Assembly (NCBI GenBank): GCA_951406725.2
Contig: OX597815.1
Span: forward strand, 129,890,001-129,954,000
DNA: 64,000 nucleotides
Direction of reading: 5' to 3'
Source of the DNA: Octopus vulgaris
Taxonomy: Eukaryota
A program made the position numbers and the translations under genes. Of the stretch, positions 41,080 through 54,652 are shown one piece after another. Every line of letters starts with the position of its first letter. The first letter of the stretch is position 1. The notes below the pieces were generated by a model. The model had not been told where the DNA came from. It made no database searches and was given only the letters and a program-made list of their open reading frames with translations.

Positions 41080-41794
41080 TTTTTTTTTTCTTCTTTCAAA
41101 TTTGCTTCCATTTCTTGCCGAGTGTCTTCCCGACTCCTAGGGCAAAGAAACTCATAGTATACATTGGTAAGCCATTAAACCAAACTCAATAGTTCGTTCA
41201 TTTTTAAAAATTTTTTTTATTTTTTAAGTTAAATTAAAATACATGAGCAGCAACAGTTCTCACATCGACAATGCTCTTCTCAATACGTGTGATGTACCAG
41301 TTAAGACAATCTTTTGCAATTCTTGCAGGGATGGTAAGCCAGGGATCATTCTCATATAATTTTCGGTTCCCTTCTTGATCATTCCTAGTGCTCCTACGAT
41401 CACTGGTATTGTAACCGCCTTGAGATGCCACATTTTCTCAATTTCAATGAGTAGGTCTTTATATTTTCTGAGCTTGTCAAACTCTTTCGCTGAGATATTA
41501 TGATCACAGGGGATGCTCATGTCGATCAATAAGCAAACTTTATTGTTTTGGTCTTTCACAACAATATCTGGTTTATTGGCCTTGATGGTTCGGTCTGTAT
41601 GTACTGGAAAGTCCCACAGAATGGTTACATTTTCTCCTTCAGTTACAGCCTCAGGGTGGTGATTATACCACTTGTCGGCAGTTTTGATATTGTAATGCCG
41701 ACTTATTAGCCAGTGGAGATATTGGCCAACTCTGTCATGTCTTAATTTATACTCCACTGGTGCTAAGACTTTACATCCAGAGATTAGGTGGTCC
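41079..41794 (-). mobile_element. R4/Dong-type LINE, 5'-truncated, inserted in (TAA)n
   Basis: Intact C-terminal ORF DHLISGC..RHDRVG..ILWDFPVHTD..KPDIVV..KLRKYKDL..IPVIVGALG..LRRALSM*; (TTA)n on both flanks (41027-41078, 41795-41868). Confidence 0.9.
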
Positions 41795-41855
<61 letters not shown>

Positions 41856-41869
41856 CATTATTATTATTC

Positions 41870-42720
41870 AGTAAGCAAGGCGTTGTGCTTTCATTCCACT
41901 GCCGATCCCAGTTCCGTGTGCCTCGGTTTCCTGCAGTGTCGTTCTGTATTAGTTTTGTATTTTCTTTTGCATTAAAAGTATTCTTTGTAATATGATGCGG
42001 TACGAATAATGCTATTATTTGTATGTCCTGAGTTTTTTTCTTTATCATTTCCCAAAGATTGTTTGTGTTTACGATCTCTAGTCTGGTTCTTTTAATTCTG
42101 ATATATCTTATATTTCTTTTATTACATATCATAGTTAATCTCTGCATCTCTTTGAGAGATAAATTACCATCTTTTGGAATTGATATTTCAGTTAGGAGGC
42201 ATTTCTTTTCATGGACGACAATATCTGGTTGATTAACTCCAACCTTCTTGTCTGCATGATTAGCTTATCCCGTTGTTATGATTCGCTTTAATTCTCTGAG
42301 AACGATTTTGATTCATGCTTATATATTGCTTACATTCAGTGCCATCCTAAGGTATGGGTACTCAGGGTAGATGCCCGGTGATCCCACTGATTTAGCGACC
42401 CAATGTTAATCGATTTATGTTGTGGTTGTGTATGTTGGGAGCCTCCGTGCATGACTTTGTCTTGGGCCTATAATACTTTTAAAACTGTCCTTCTGTTGGT
42501 ATTTCATAATGCTGGCATAACATTCGGTGTATGGACGTCCCGACTCTATCATGTTTGTAGATGTGTTCTTTCATGGTTACAATTGGAGAGCTAGACAACA
42601 TTGTTTCTATTGCTACTCCATGTATTCTGCAGTCAAATACTAAAACCATCCCTAAAATTTGAAGCTTTGTGTTTATGTAAGAAATCATGCTTATTATTCC
42701 TAGAAACATACCTGACTAAG
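41870..42720 (-). mobile_element. Highly decayed R4/Dong-type fragments
   Basis: NQPDIVVHEK, EHIYKHDRVGTSIH..LCQHY and TAGNRGTRNW segments resembling 44269-46392. Confidence 0.6.
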
Positions 42721-43024
42721 TCAAAAGAACGGTAGCGAGCAGACCGAAACGTTTTCCATTCATTTATGTTATTCTAGCAGGACCTGTGGAAATTCCACAG
42801 TGTAAGTCGGCATATTTGAAAATATTATGTTATAGTAAACACAAGCCAGGAATTTCGAAAAATTCTTTTGAAAACCTGCCGTTAAATCAAAACCTTTACA
42901 TATAATCGAAATGGGTTTAGAAGGTGTTGCTTATTTTCCTTCTTTTGACATTTATAATGTGCTTTATAGTCTAAGGAAATACAATGTGAATTAAAATGAT
43001 AAAACTTATCCGTATATATATATA

Positions 43025-43530
43025 ACTAGCAGTATCGCCCGTCGTTGCTCGGGTTTGTAAGGGAAATAACTATATAAGCATTTTTAGAGAGTTACTTCCC
43101 TTATAGATGCCAATTCGGGCTTTCTTAGCCATTTCTGTTTTGGTGTCTTCAAGCCATGAAGTCGTTGTTCTAAAAGAACGCTGGTCTCCTTGACAACGCT
43201 TTACGACGTTGATTTCCTTACACTCCCTTCCCCACAGCTTCACGAGGGAGGGAAGAAGGGGGAGAAGCAAACAGGTGCAGGTGTGACCATGGACGCCAAC
43301 TCCGCCGCCATCGACACACGAAAAATTATGCATTAAAATGGAATAAAAAATGATGTTAAATTATTTTTATCGTAGACTCATCGTAGACGCGCGCTAATAC
43401 TCAGACGGGCTCGATATGAATCACGACTATAAGATACCCGAATTTGGTTAAACTGCACCGCAAAATGTGGGAGTAGTTAGGAATCTAAATCGAAGGGGAC
43501 AGACACTCACACAACTACAGTTTTATATAT
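43025..43530 (+). mobile_element. Helentron/DINE-1-like non-autonomous element
   Basis: Starts ACTAGCAGTATCGCCCGTCGTTGCTCGGG (5' hairpin), ends in ttttatatat; inserted in a TA run. A similar start CTAGCAGGACCTGTGGAAATTCCACAG occurs at 42774. Confidence 0.55.
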
Positions 43531-43569
43531 ATAATATAATATAATATAATATAATATAATATAATATAA

Positions 43570-43765
43570 TATAATATGATATGTGACAATTAGTCAGTTG
43601 CTATAATAAAACTCAGAGTTTCGGATGTCGGAGTGGAATTCTGTCCGGCATCTCGTCAGGTCATCTTTGTTTGTCGTAATAACTGCCGGAGCAGAATTCC
43701 GTCCCGATATCCGAAACTCTGAGTTTCATTATGGAACCCGACTAATTGTCACATATTATATTATA
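43570..43765. repeat. Hairpin, arms of about 80 bp
   Basis: atatgtgacaattagtc..aaactcagagtttcggat..ggaattctg versus cagaattcc..atccgaaactctgagttt..gactaattgtcacatat. Confidence 0.88.
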
Positions 43766-43999
43766 GATAAATTCCTCTATTTACATAATATCGAGGTCTC
43801 GTTCATTCTTTTGTTGTTATATCATCATTATTATTAATATATATATATAAATAAACTATCACCAAAGCTGTTATTCAGTTTTTCCATGCCACACTTTAAC
43901 CCATCACCCCAGAATCAATAAAATATAAACCAGTTAAGTATTCAGGTAGAGTCAATATTTTTGGTCGTGTGGTAAAGTTAGAAAACACTATTATTATTA

Positions 44000-44141
44000 T
44001 GTGGCAGTCCTGGTTAGGACGAATGTTACTGTTATTTAGCCCCAGGAGACATCATCTCTAGTTACCTATCGACACACAGCTGGAGACGATGTTTCCTGGG
44101 GCTAAGTAACAATAACATTCGTCCTAACCAGGAGTGCCACA
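44000..44141. repeat. Hairpin of the same family as 15142-15456 and 21077-21338
   Basis: tgtggcagtcctggttaggacgaatgtta..tagccccaggag versus cctggggctaag..taacattcgtcctaaccaggagtgccaca. Confidence 0.85.
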
Positions 44142-44221
44142 TTGTGTTGGCAAATAATGTTTACTCTAGAATACTGTTACTGAATGTTTTTCGTTCATAG
44201 ATTTATAAATAATAATTTTTC

Positions 44222-44268
<47 letters not shown>

Positions 44269-44271
<3 letters not shown>

Positions 44272-46391
44272 TAGTTTTATTTTTATTTTTATAGCGTGCT
44301 TTCACTTCACTACCGAGCACAGCTCTGTGTGCCTTGGGTATGTGCTGTGATTTGTTGTGATGCTCTGATGGTTATTGTATGGAAAGTGTTCTGCGTAGGA
44401 TGTGTGCAGTGCCCAGTAGTGCAATTTTCTGTATGTTATATGTGTTTGTAAGTCCTGGTGTTTTTGTTATGTATTTGTCTGAATATTTTTTTATCATGCC
44501 TAATGCACCTACTATGATAGGAATTGTTTCTGTTTTCAGATTCCACATTCTAGTTACCTCTATTTCCAGGTCTTTGTATTTTGAGAGTTTCTCCATTTCT
44601 TTTAGAGACACGTTGTCATCTGCCGGTACTGATACATCAATTAGAAAGCATTTTTTTCTTCATGGTCTCTGACAACTATATCTGGTCTGTTGGCCTTAAT
44701 TTCTCTATCTGTGTGTATCGGCATATCCCAGAGTATGGTTGCTTTCTCGTTTTCTGTGACCTTTTCTGGTGTGTGCCTATACCATCTTTTTTCTGTTGTT
44801 ATTCCATAATGTTGGCATAGCTTCCAATGTATGTAAGTTCCAACTCTGTCATGTCTGTGAATATATTCCTTCTTAGCCAGGACTGGGCAGCTAGAGATAA
44901 TATGATTTATTGTTTCTTGTCCATCTCCACATATTCTGCAGTTACTTGTAATATTTCTTTTCATTACATGTTTTTGGTAATTTCTGGTGGGGAGGCTTTG
45001 GTCTTGTGCTGCAATTAAAAATCCCTCTGTCTCTGCTTTGAGTCCTGAGCTTCTCAACCATTGCTGGGATTTTTCTTTGTCTATTTCTTTTGCGTTTAGT
45101 TTAGTCCAGTATTTACCATGAAGGGGCTTTTCTTGCCATCGTTTTATCATGGTTCTTTGCTGTTCTATTTTTAGTTTGGATTTCATTTTTTTTATAGCTT
45201 TTGTTGTTTCTTCATCTTCTTCTTCTTCTTCATGTTTATTAGGTGGTATGATTTCTTGTTTGTATTTGTCAGCTTCCTTAAATACTGAGAACAGTTTTTT
45301 GTTTTGCTCGTGTTTTGCCGCTATCTGGATCAGTTTTCCTTCCTTCTGAAGTAGATATTTTTGCAGTCCTATGGTGGTTATTTTATAGTAGTTTTCCAGC
45401 TGTATAAGGCCTCTACCACCTTCTATACGTTGTATATATAGTCTTTCTATGTCAGATTTTGGGTGATGCATCCTAGATCCTGTCATTATTTTTCTTGTTT
45501 TCCTGTCTATTTTGGTCAGTTCATTTCGTGTCCAGTTAAGGATATTGTAGCTGTAACTTATAACTGGGACAGCTAAAGTGTTGATACCTATTATCTTGTT
45601 TTTAGCATTGAGCTCTGTGTTTAGTATTGATCTAACTCGTCTATAATATTCTTTTTTTATTTTCTCTTTCATTTGTGTGTGTTGTGTCTTATCTAGTTCA
45701 TGGATTCCTAAGTATTTGTAAGTTTGGCTTTGGTCTAATTCTTTTATTTCATTTGCTTCATCTAGTGTGATGTTGTTACTCTTAACTAGTTTTCCTCTTT
45801 TCATGGTTACTTTGGCGCATTTTTCTAATCCAAATTTCATATCTATTTCTTTGGTAAATCCATGAACTGTCTTTAATAGTGTTTCCAGCTGTTTGTCATT
45901 TGCAGCGTATAGTTTTAGGTCATCCATATATAAAAGGTGGCTGATCGTTTGGCCGTAACATTTATATCCGCATCCAGTTCTATTTAGCATATCAGATAGA
46001 GGTGACAGTGCTAAGCAGAAAAGGAGTGGAGAGAGCGTATCTCCCTGGAATATTCCTCTTCTAATGGGGATGTCTTTTGTTTTCATGAGTCCCTCTTTTG
46101 TTTGGAGGTGTAGGACTGTTTGCCATTTATTCATAGAGTGCTCTATGAATTTTATGATTGTTGGTGCTACTTTGTTAATGGCTAGTGTTTCGAGGATCCA
46201 TGTGTGGGGGATGCTATCAAACGCCTTTTTGTAGTCAATCCAGGCCATACTGAGGCCTTTCTTCTTTCTGTGGCTGTCTTCAGTTATGGCTTTATTAATC
46301 ATTAGTTGATCTTTACAGCCATATGAGCCTTTGCGGCATCCTTTCTGCTCTTCTGGGAACAGTTTGTTTTCGTCCAGGTGCTTGTTCAGCC

Positions 46392-46392
<1 letters not shown>
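44269..46392 (-). mobile_element. Young R4/Dong-type LINE (RT + CCHC + RLE), 5'-truncated, inserted in (TAA)n
   Basis: 553-aa ORF with EEQKGC upstream, WIDYKKAFDSIPH, GIFQGDTLSPLLF, HLLYMDDLKLY, CRICGDGQETINHIISSC, RHDRVG, NRPDIVV; one frameshift near 44655; (TTA)n at 44227-44268 and 46393-46458. Confidence 0.93.
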
Positions 46393-46459
<67 letters not shown>

Positions 46460-46859
46460 TCCTTTAAAGTTTATGGAAGCCATGAAGTTTACGATGTTTT
46501 TTTATTCCACCGTATTTTCTTTACTTTGTTATTTCGTCTGTACGTATTTGTAGAAGAGGTAAGACGGCCGAAACGGCAGAACTTAAGTAAAACCAGCCTT
46601 CACTCTCAAGAGGATATGGCTTGGTAGTATTTACCATGCTTTCGATAACTATTTAAGATACTTATGAACCACAGACAGACATCGATATCCTCTCAAAACC
46701 GTCATTCTTGATCCCGTAGAACATCCAGCTGCGTGAAGAATGTTAGGGTCGACCTATCAGAATAAATGGCAAAGTTGACTCTGGTGAGGTTTTGAATTCA
46801 CAACATTTAATCCGACTTTACTAAGTACTATAAATTATTTAATTATTTTGTCCATTATT

Positions 46860-47095
46860 CTAACCGATTCTATCAGACTGTTGCCTGGAACCTAACCGCT
46901 AATGTATTAGTAATGTAATCGCATCTAATATAATTCTGAAATGCAGAGGCGTCACACATTCTCCTTCACGTTTCTCTAAAATGTATGGCTTTTGTGTAAT
47001 GAAGACGAAAGCCACACATCATATTAGGACACAGAGGAATAACGCCCACTTCACTTTAATATATGGACAAGGAAAACTAAAGTCAATATTACATA
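46860..47095 (+). repeat. Diverged direct repeat of 54150-54390
   Basis: Shared blocks accgattct, accgctaat, tcacacattctcct.cacgtttctct, ggacac.gaggaataac.cccact. Confidence 0.75.
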
Positions 47096-47394
47096 ATATA
47101 CCACTGTCTGTCGGTCGGTCTGACTGTCTGTCTGCCTGTCTGTATGTGTGTACGTACATACGTATGTATGTTAATATGTATGTGTGCTTACATTTTATGT
47201 ATGTATTTACCAGCTGGATGGTGAGTGAGGACTGCATTAACCTCTGTTGGTATTCATATACAGGGACAACTTGAGACTAAGTATTTTGCTTAAGTAGATA
47301 ATGCGTCACCCGGTCCAGGAATTGAACCCACGGTCTTATGATCACGAACCGAATACTGTGATCATTAGGCCACACACCTTCACCATCACTATAT

Positions 47395-47890
47395 TTATTT
47401 CTTTATTGCCCACATAGGGCTAAACATAGAGGAGACAAACAAGGACAGATAAAGTGATTAAGTCGATTACATCGACCCCAGTGTGTAACTGGTACTTATT
47501 TAATCGACCCCGAAAGGATGAAAGGCAAAGTCGACCTCGGCGGAATTTGAACTCAGAACGTAACGGCAGACGAAATACCGCTAAGCATTTCGCCCAGCGC
47601 GCTAACGATTCTGCCAGCTCGCCGCCCTCACCATCATCGTATTAGTTTCAAATTTTGGCGCAAGGCCAGCAAGTTCAGGGAAGGGATTAAGTCGGTTACA
47701 TTGAGTCAATTACTTAAATATCCGTCAAATGTAAATAATGTAAATAATGTTAAATGAAACTTATTTTATTGATCCTGAAATGATGAAAGGCAAAGTCAAC
47801 CTCGGTGGAATTTGAACTCAGAACGTAAAGACGGACGAAATTCCGCTAAGCATTTTACCCGATGTGCTAACGATTCTGCCAGGTTGCTGC
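47395..47890 (-). mobile_element. Two tandem SINE family B copies
   Basis: gaaaggcaaagtcgacctcggcggaatttgaactcagaacg occurs twice. Confidence 0.85.
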
Positions 47891-48228
47891 TCTCACTATC
47901 ACTATATTGAAAGATCAAATCAACTTCATCAAATTCAGATAGGCAGTGCACGTTTTACTACTTATGTCAATTCTAGCTGTTCTGGTAATATAGCCTTAAT
48001 CTTGGATAAACTGTTGTCTTATTCTCAGTGCAGTTCTATTTCCCATCAATTAATTTTCGTGAAACTTAAAATAAGAGTCTCCTCTAGAGTCATTTCTTTC
48101 AAGGAGTTTCAAATAGTTTGATCATATGGCAGGCTTGTTGCATGGAAACCACATGAAAGTGTTAACAACTGGAACGACTGCACAAAATGTCAAAATAGAG
48201 ACGTGTGTGTGCGTGCGTGCGCGCGCGC

Positions 48229-48259
<31 letters not shown>

Positions 48260-48470
48260 TGAATTTGTATAGGATCGTAAAGACTCTGAAGATGAAAGTT
48301 GGACCAGAAACAAAGAGCGGAGGAGGGAAACAGTACAGTTATTTCAAAATGTTAACGATGTAAATTTCTGGGTTAATAAATTAGTTCATCTTTCGCGTTT
48401 TATACTCTTTTCGGACTTGTCCAAACACTAATCGATAAACGTGACTTAGTCCTATACCCCACCTCTCTCT

Positions 48471-48556
<86 letters not shown>

Positions 48557-48559
48557 GTT

Positions 48560-48741
48560 ATTGTTTTTAGTCATTTGACTGTGGCCATGCTGGACCACCG
48601 CCTTTAGTCGAACATATCGACTTATTCTTTGTAAGCCTAGTACTTATTCTATCGGTCTCTCTTGCCGAGCCACTGTTACAGGGACATAAACACACCAACA
48701 TTGGTTGTCAAGTGATGATGGGGGACACACACAGACACACA

Positions 48742-48780
<39 letters not shown>

Positions 48781-49158
48781 GACGGGCTTCTTTCAGTTTC
48801 CGTCTACCAAATCCACTCACAAGGCTTTAGTCGGCCCGAAGCTATAGAAGATACTTGCTCAACGTGCTACGCAGTGGGACTGAACACGGAACCATGTGGT
48901 TGGGAAGCAAGCTTCTTACTACACAGCCACGCCTGCGCCTATCTTTAACTTTAAATAATCTTTTCACTCGTTTCAGTCATTAGATTGCGGCCATGCTGGG
49001 GCACCTCCTTGACGAATTTGTAGTCGCATTATTCGATCCCAGTACTTATATTTCAAAGCCTGGTACTTATGCTATAATCTCTTTTGTCGAACCGCTAAAT
49101 TACGGGAACGTAAACGCACGAACATAGGTTCTCAAGCGGTGGTGGAGGGCAATCACAA

Positions 49159-49160
<2 letters not shown>
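48560..49160 (-). mobile_element. SINE family A full copy plus a second 3' fragment
   Basis: Head at about 48940 (acagccacgcctgcgcct). Confidence 0.8.
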
Positions 49161-49224
<64 letters not shown>

Positions 49225-49708
49225 TCACACACATTATTATCATTGAAATATAACTTACTCCCTGTTCGAAAACTGCAGTTTCTGCGGGATTACTAGTAAA
49301 ACACACGTGGGTATTCAGGATAAATACGTGTTCGCATTCGGCTGTATATTTTTGAAAGTGTTGCTTGAATATCTGTTATGCGACGACGCTTGATCGCGTA
49401 CATATTTAATTCTAACACTCTCAAATTTATATCTTGTAATGCTGCACTGAAGATGGGAAATAAGTAAATAAATATTACTTTAATCTCGAAACGCGTATTT
49501 AGCTCATCTGAGTCGTGTGGATTCGTTATTTGTTCTTTTTGCATACGTAAAAAAGTCTGTTACTGTCTGGGATATCTCTATGGTAGCAGAAAAGGCATTT
49601 TAACTCCTATTTCTAAATTCGGTGCGTGATGAAGCAATCAGCTGACCCCTGATTATAATTATGTTTATAATTATAGAATATTTGATATTTGTATATATAT
49701 ATATATAT

Positions 49709-49788
<80 letters not shown>

Positions 49789-51102
49789 GATGGGCTTCTT
49801 TCAGTTTCCATCAACAAAATCTAGTCACAAGGCTTTAATCGGCCCGAGGCTATAGTAGAAGACACTGAACCAAGGTGGTCACGTAGTGGGACTGAACCCC
49901 AAACCATGTGGTTGGAAAGCAAGCTTGTATGTATGTATGTATGTATGTATGTATGTATGTATGTATGTATGTATGTATTCCGAGATTACGATCGATTTCT
50001 TTTCTAGCAGTTTATAATTGGAAAGATTACAATTATTATTGCAATTATTAAATATTTCGACTTACAAACAGCTGTTTGGTTCATTGAAATTTTTGTGGCA
50101 CTAAATCACGTCATCGTGGTGTGTCTCTAGTTGACTCTGTTTTAACTCTACTAAAAAGGTTCCTGTGCCACAAGGAAGCTGTGTATTACTTGATGCAGTA
50201 ATCTTCCTTATTCTTGTTTCCCTCTCTGTATCTCACCAACAAGTCACATACACATCTCTCCTGGAATTTCCTTCTGTCCAGAACTGCAATCTCCTGGAAC
50301 TTACTCGAAGTCAGCGTTTTCCTTTCAGATATCGATTAACATGGTACAAAGATGAGGGGCACAGAAAAGGAAACGAAATAGGGGAAATAAATGCATCAGT
50401 GCCCCTACAACTGGGTATCGCATGATTGTGAAAATATTGGTTTTAAATTTTGGCGCAAAGCCAACAAGTTCAATTACATCGACCACAGTGCTCAACTGGT
50501 ACTTATTTTATCGACCCCGAAAGGATGAAATGCAAAGTCGGCTTCGGCGGAATTTGAACTCAGAACGTAAAAATGGACAAAATGCCGTTAAACATTATAC
50601 CCGGCGTGCCAACGATTCTGCCAGCTCGCCAACTTCCATGATTTGAAAATATTGCTATGGAAATGTTCCTTTCTTGCCGTTATTGAGATGTCAACGCTTA
50701 ACTTAACCCGGTGCTTTAGAAAACACTAGCACTAGCTCCCTCTCACTTAAACGGTCTCGGAATAGTTTTGGCTTAGTTAAAGTTTTTTTACAAACTCATG
50801 CTTAAATTATGCCTTTCATTCTTTGTGAGTCGATAAAGTATAAATGAGCAATCTAAGACGGGGGTTTGGCGAAACTGTTTGAGGATCGAGAAAAATGCCT
50901 TGAAATAGCTATTCCGGCCCCTTGCGTTCTGAGAGCAGCGCCCGCGGCAACACTGTTGCCGAGCTATATCTGCGCAAACCAGCAGTTTTTCTTTTGGATA
51001 AACGGTGGTGGTGGTGGTGTGTGTGTAAAGAGGGGAGACTTGCCTTAGCTAATGCATTCTTATGTAGATGACTGGTCAGTCTCGAACGGCGGAGGTCCTT
51101 TA

Positions 51103-51244
<142 letters not shown>

Positions 51245-51278
51245 CCTACCTACCTACCTACCTACCTACCTACCTACC

Positions 51279-51444
<166 letters not shown>

Positions 51445-51639
51445 AATAACAGTGTACTGCAAGATCCATGATGGTAGAATCCAAGAAGTATAAAATTCTA
51501 ATGGTAATCCGGGTGGAGTGGTGGCAAAGTGGTTCAGAAGAGTTAGCAAAGATCCGAGAAAAAGGTAGGAAAGGAGAAGATAGGAGTAAGTTTAGTCAGG
51601 CAGGATCAAACTGACGTGACCACGTGAGCATATATTATG

Positions 51640-51860
51640 TGTGATTCCAAATTGTTAAAAAAAAAAAAAAAAGAGAAACAGGTGAAGGAACAACAAACAA
51701 GGTATATTAGTTTAACACTCAGGAAATATGGAAGAGTCTTTGACGTTTCGAGCCTACGCTCTTCTACAGAAAGAAATGAGGAAAGAAAATAAATGGAAAA
51801 AAGAAAAAAAAAGGAGAAAGATAAAAAAAACGTCTGGATTAACGGTTGCTCATGTTGAAT
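51640..51860 (-). mobile_element. PLE pLTR-like repeat with hammerhead-like motif at 51738-51773
   Basis: Minus strand CTTT-CTGTAGA-A-GAGC-GTAG-GCTC-GAAA-CG-TC-AAAG. Confidence 0.55.
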
Positions 51861-53254
51861 TGACCTGAAGGAAGGAAATGGTTGTAGACAAGAATAACAA
51901 GGGAGACAACAAACAGTTACCTGGCTTACGTGTGTGTGTGGGGTGGGGGGACAAGCATGTACGTGAGTATAAAGATTATGTGAGTGTATGTGCTTGTATG
52001 GGAGTGTGCATGTGTATGCGCGCATGTGTAAGTGTGTGAGTAATCAAACACGCGCGTATATGTGGAGCGATGTGTGCGTGTACACCATGTGTGCGTATGT
52101 GTGGACGCGTGTATATGTATGGGAATAAGTGAGGCTGTCTAACGTATGTGTGTGTGTATGTACCTTTAACTTATGTGTGTGTAGCAGCTAATGCGTGTGT
52201 GTCATACGAACAGAGTATTACACATAATTATTCCATACACACACATGTGCGTGCGTGCGCGCGTTTCTTCAGAGCTTTTTCTTTCATATACACATACACC
52301 CACTCACGCATATTTACATTATATATTTTTAAACTTGCTTAAAAAAAATGTCTCTTTTGCAACTTTTCAAATATTAACTTACCGTAATATATTTTAATCT
52401 GCAGACCTCTTGTTAATTTTGCATTCACATTTTTTATAGACACAAGTCTAGTATAGATTATTATAGTAAATCCGACCAATCCATGGCACTCTTGGGTATT
52501 GTCATTTACTCTACGACTGAAGAAGTAAAAATATTGTTTATTTTCTGAGTGCTATCTTCTTTAATAATTAATATAAAAACGATTAATATATTGATTATAT
52601 ATTTCTAATATTGGTACGGGGATGCAAATAGTTTTTAAGATAAAGAGTGAGGGGGAAATTTACAATAAAGATGTCGACATTCGTTCATGGCTGGGACTTA
52701 TTTATCGAGCGACAGGATTTGAACGTGCAAACTAAAAAGACGCAGTTATACCGATGATCCATATTTACCACCAATCTGGCGTCTTCATAACCGCTAATAA
52801 AATGATTTCTAACATAAGCGAAGGTAGGGCGGCGAGCTGGTAGAATCGTTAGCACGCTGGGCAAAATGCTTAGCAGCATTTTGTCCGTCTTTTGGTTCTG
52901 AGTTCAAATTTTGCCGAGATCGACTTTGCCTTTCATCCTATTGGGATCAATAAAATAAGTATCAGTTGAGTACTTCCCCTAAATTTCTGGCCTTGTGCCA
53001 AAATTTGAAACCAATATGAGCTGAAGGTCTTCAGTTAGGGAAAGGAGAGGACGAGGGTTGAGTCAATTAATCAACACTTTACTGGTGCCTTCTTTTTATC
53101 GGCTCCGTCAGAATAAAAAGGAAAATTGACTTCGGTGACTTAGTTTGCTACCTAACTAAATATCATAAGGTATCTAATAGTTTTGTCCATTACGCTAACT
53201 CAGTCGTTCTCATCTGGGGTCCATATGGCCTTTGGGGGTTCATTTATTAAACTT

Positions 53255-53572
53255 TACATGCAATGGTGTTTGTTGTTTGTTCCTTCTCGAGCCATGCCTG
53301 ACTCATAAGGACCGGTTTCCGGTGTCATCGGCCTATAGGTTTCCTACCTGGGCAGGACGCCGGTCCATCACAGGTGAGCTGATAGATGCAAGAGGAAAGA
53401 GTGAGAGAAAGTTGTGGTGAAAGAGTCAGTAGTTCGCCATTACCTTCTGCCAGAGCCGCGTGGAGCTTAGTTGTTTCACTCATAAGCATACACATCACTC
53501 GATCTGAGATTCGAACCTTCAATACCTCGACCGCGAGTCCGCTGCTCTAGCCACTAGGCCATGTGCCTCCAC
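53255..53572 (-). mobile_element. tRNA-derived SINE, family D
   Basis: Minus-strand head ggaggcacatggcctagtgg...ggttcgaatctc. Confidence 0.8.
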
Positions 53573-53606
53573 TTACATGCAATGAATTGGTTATATTTCT
53601 ACAATA

Positions 53607-53985
53607 GGAGGCCCAATGGCCCAGTGGTAAGGGCAGCGAACTCGCGGTCGTAGGATCGCGGTTTCGGTTCCCAGACCGGGCGTTGTGAGTGTTTATTGAG
53701 TAAAAACATCTAAAGCTCCACGAAGTTCTGGCAGGGGGTGGTGGCGAACCCTGCTGTACTCTTTCACCACAACTTTCTCTCACTCTTTCTTCCTATTTCT
53801 GTTGTACCAGTATTTCAAAGGGCCAGTCTTGTCACACTCTGTCACGCTGAATCTCCCCGAGAATTACGTTAAGGATACGCGTGTCTGTGGAGTGCTCAGC
53901 CACTTGCACGTTAAGTTGAGGAGCATGCTGTTCCGTTGATCGTATCAACAGGAACCCTCGTCGTCGTAACCGACGGAGTACCACA
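53607..53985 (+). mobile_element. tRNA-derived SINE, family D-related
   Basis: ggaggcccaatggcccagtggtaag...gtttcggttccc; shares ctttcaccacaactttctctcactcttt with 53255-53572 in inverted orientation. Confidence 0.8.
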
Positions 53986-54149
53986 ATTTCTACAATATAC
54001 AAAATATTTTATTTTTTATACAGTTCCTAATAATATTTAATTATAAAAATATTGAATTTTTAAAAAAGACTGAATGGTTTTGGGGGTCCACTCGAATAAA
54101 ATAGGAATCAAAGAGGTCCAGAGACAAAAAAACGTTTGAGAACCATTGA

Positions 54150-54390
54150 CTGACCGATTCTTCAAGGCCATTGATGTCAACCTGACCGCTAATAAATATA
54201 TTAGAAATATAATCGTATCTAATGCAACTCAGAACTATAGAGACATCACACATTCTCCTCCACGTTTCTCTGAAATATATTGTTTTTATGCTATGAAAAC
54301 GAAGCCAATACATTATATTTGGACACGGAGGAATAACACCCACTCGACTTTAACTGGTGGACGGGGAAAAACAAAACTCGACATTTGCAA
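54150..54390 (+). repeat. Diverged direct repeat of 46860-47095
   Basis: See partner copy. Confidence 0.75.
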
Positions 54391-54590
54391 CGCTTTTGTT
54401 TTTTTTGTATGTATATATTTTATACACCCACCCAAAACACCCACACGCCCAAACACACACACACACAGACACACATACACACACACATACACACACACAC
54501 GATACGGAATTCGAATCACGTAGGTGATGTCATAACTGCTTTCTTTTTGTTTGTACGTTTGTGTGCATGTGTGTATGTGTGCACATCTAA

Positions 54591-54652
<62 letters not shown>

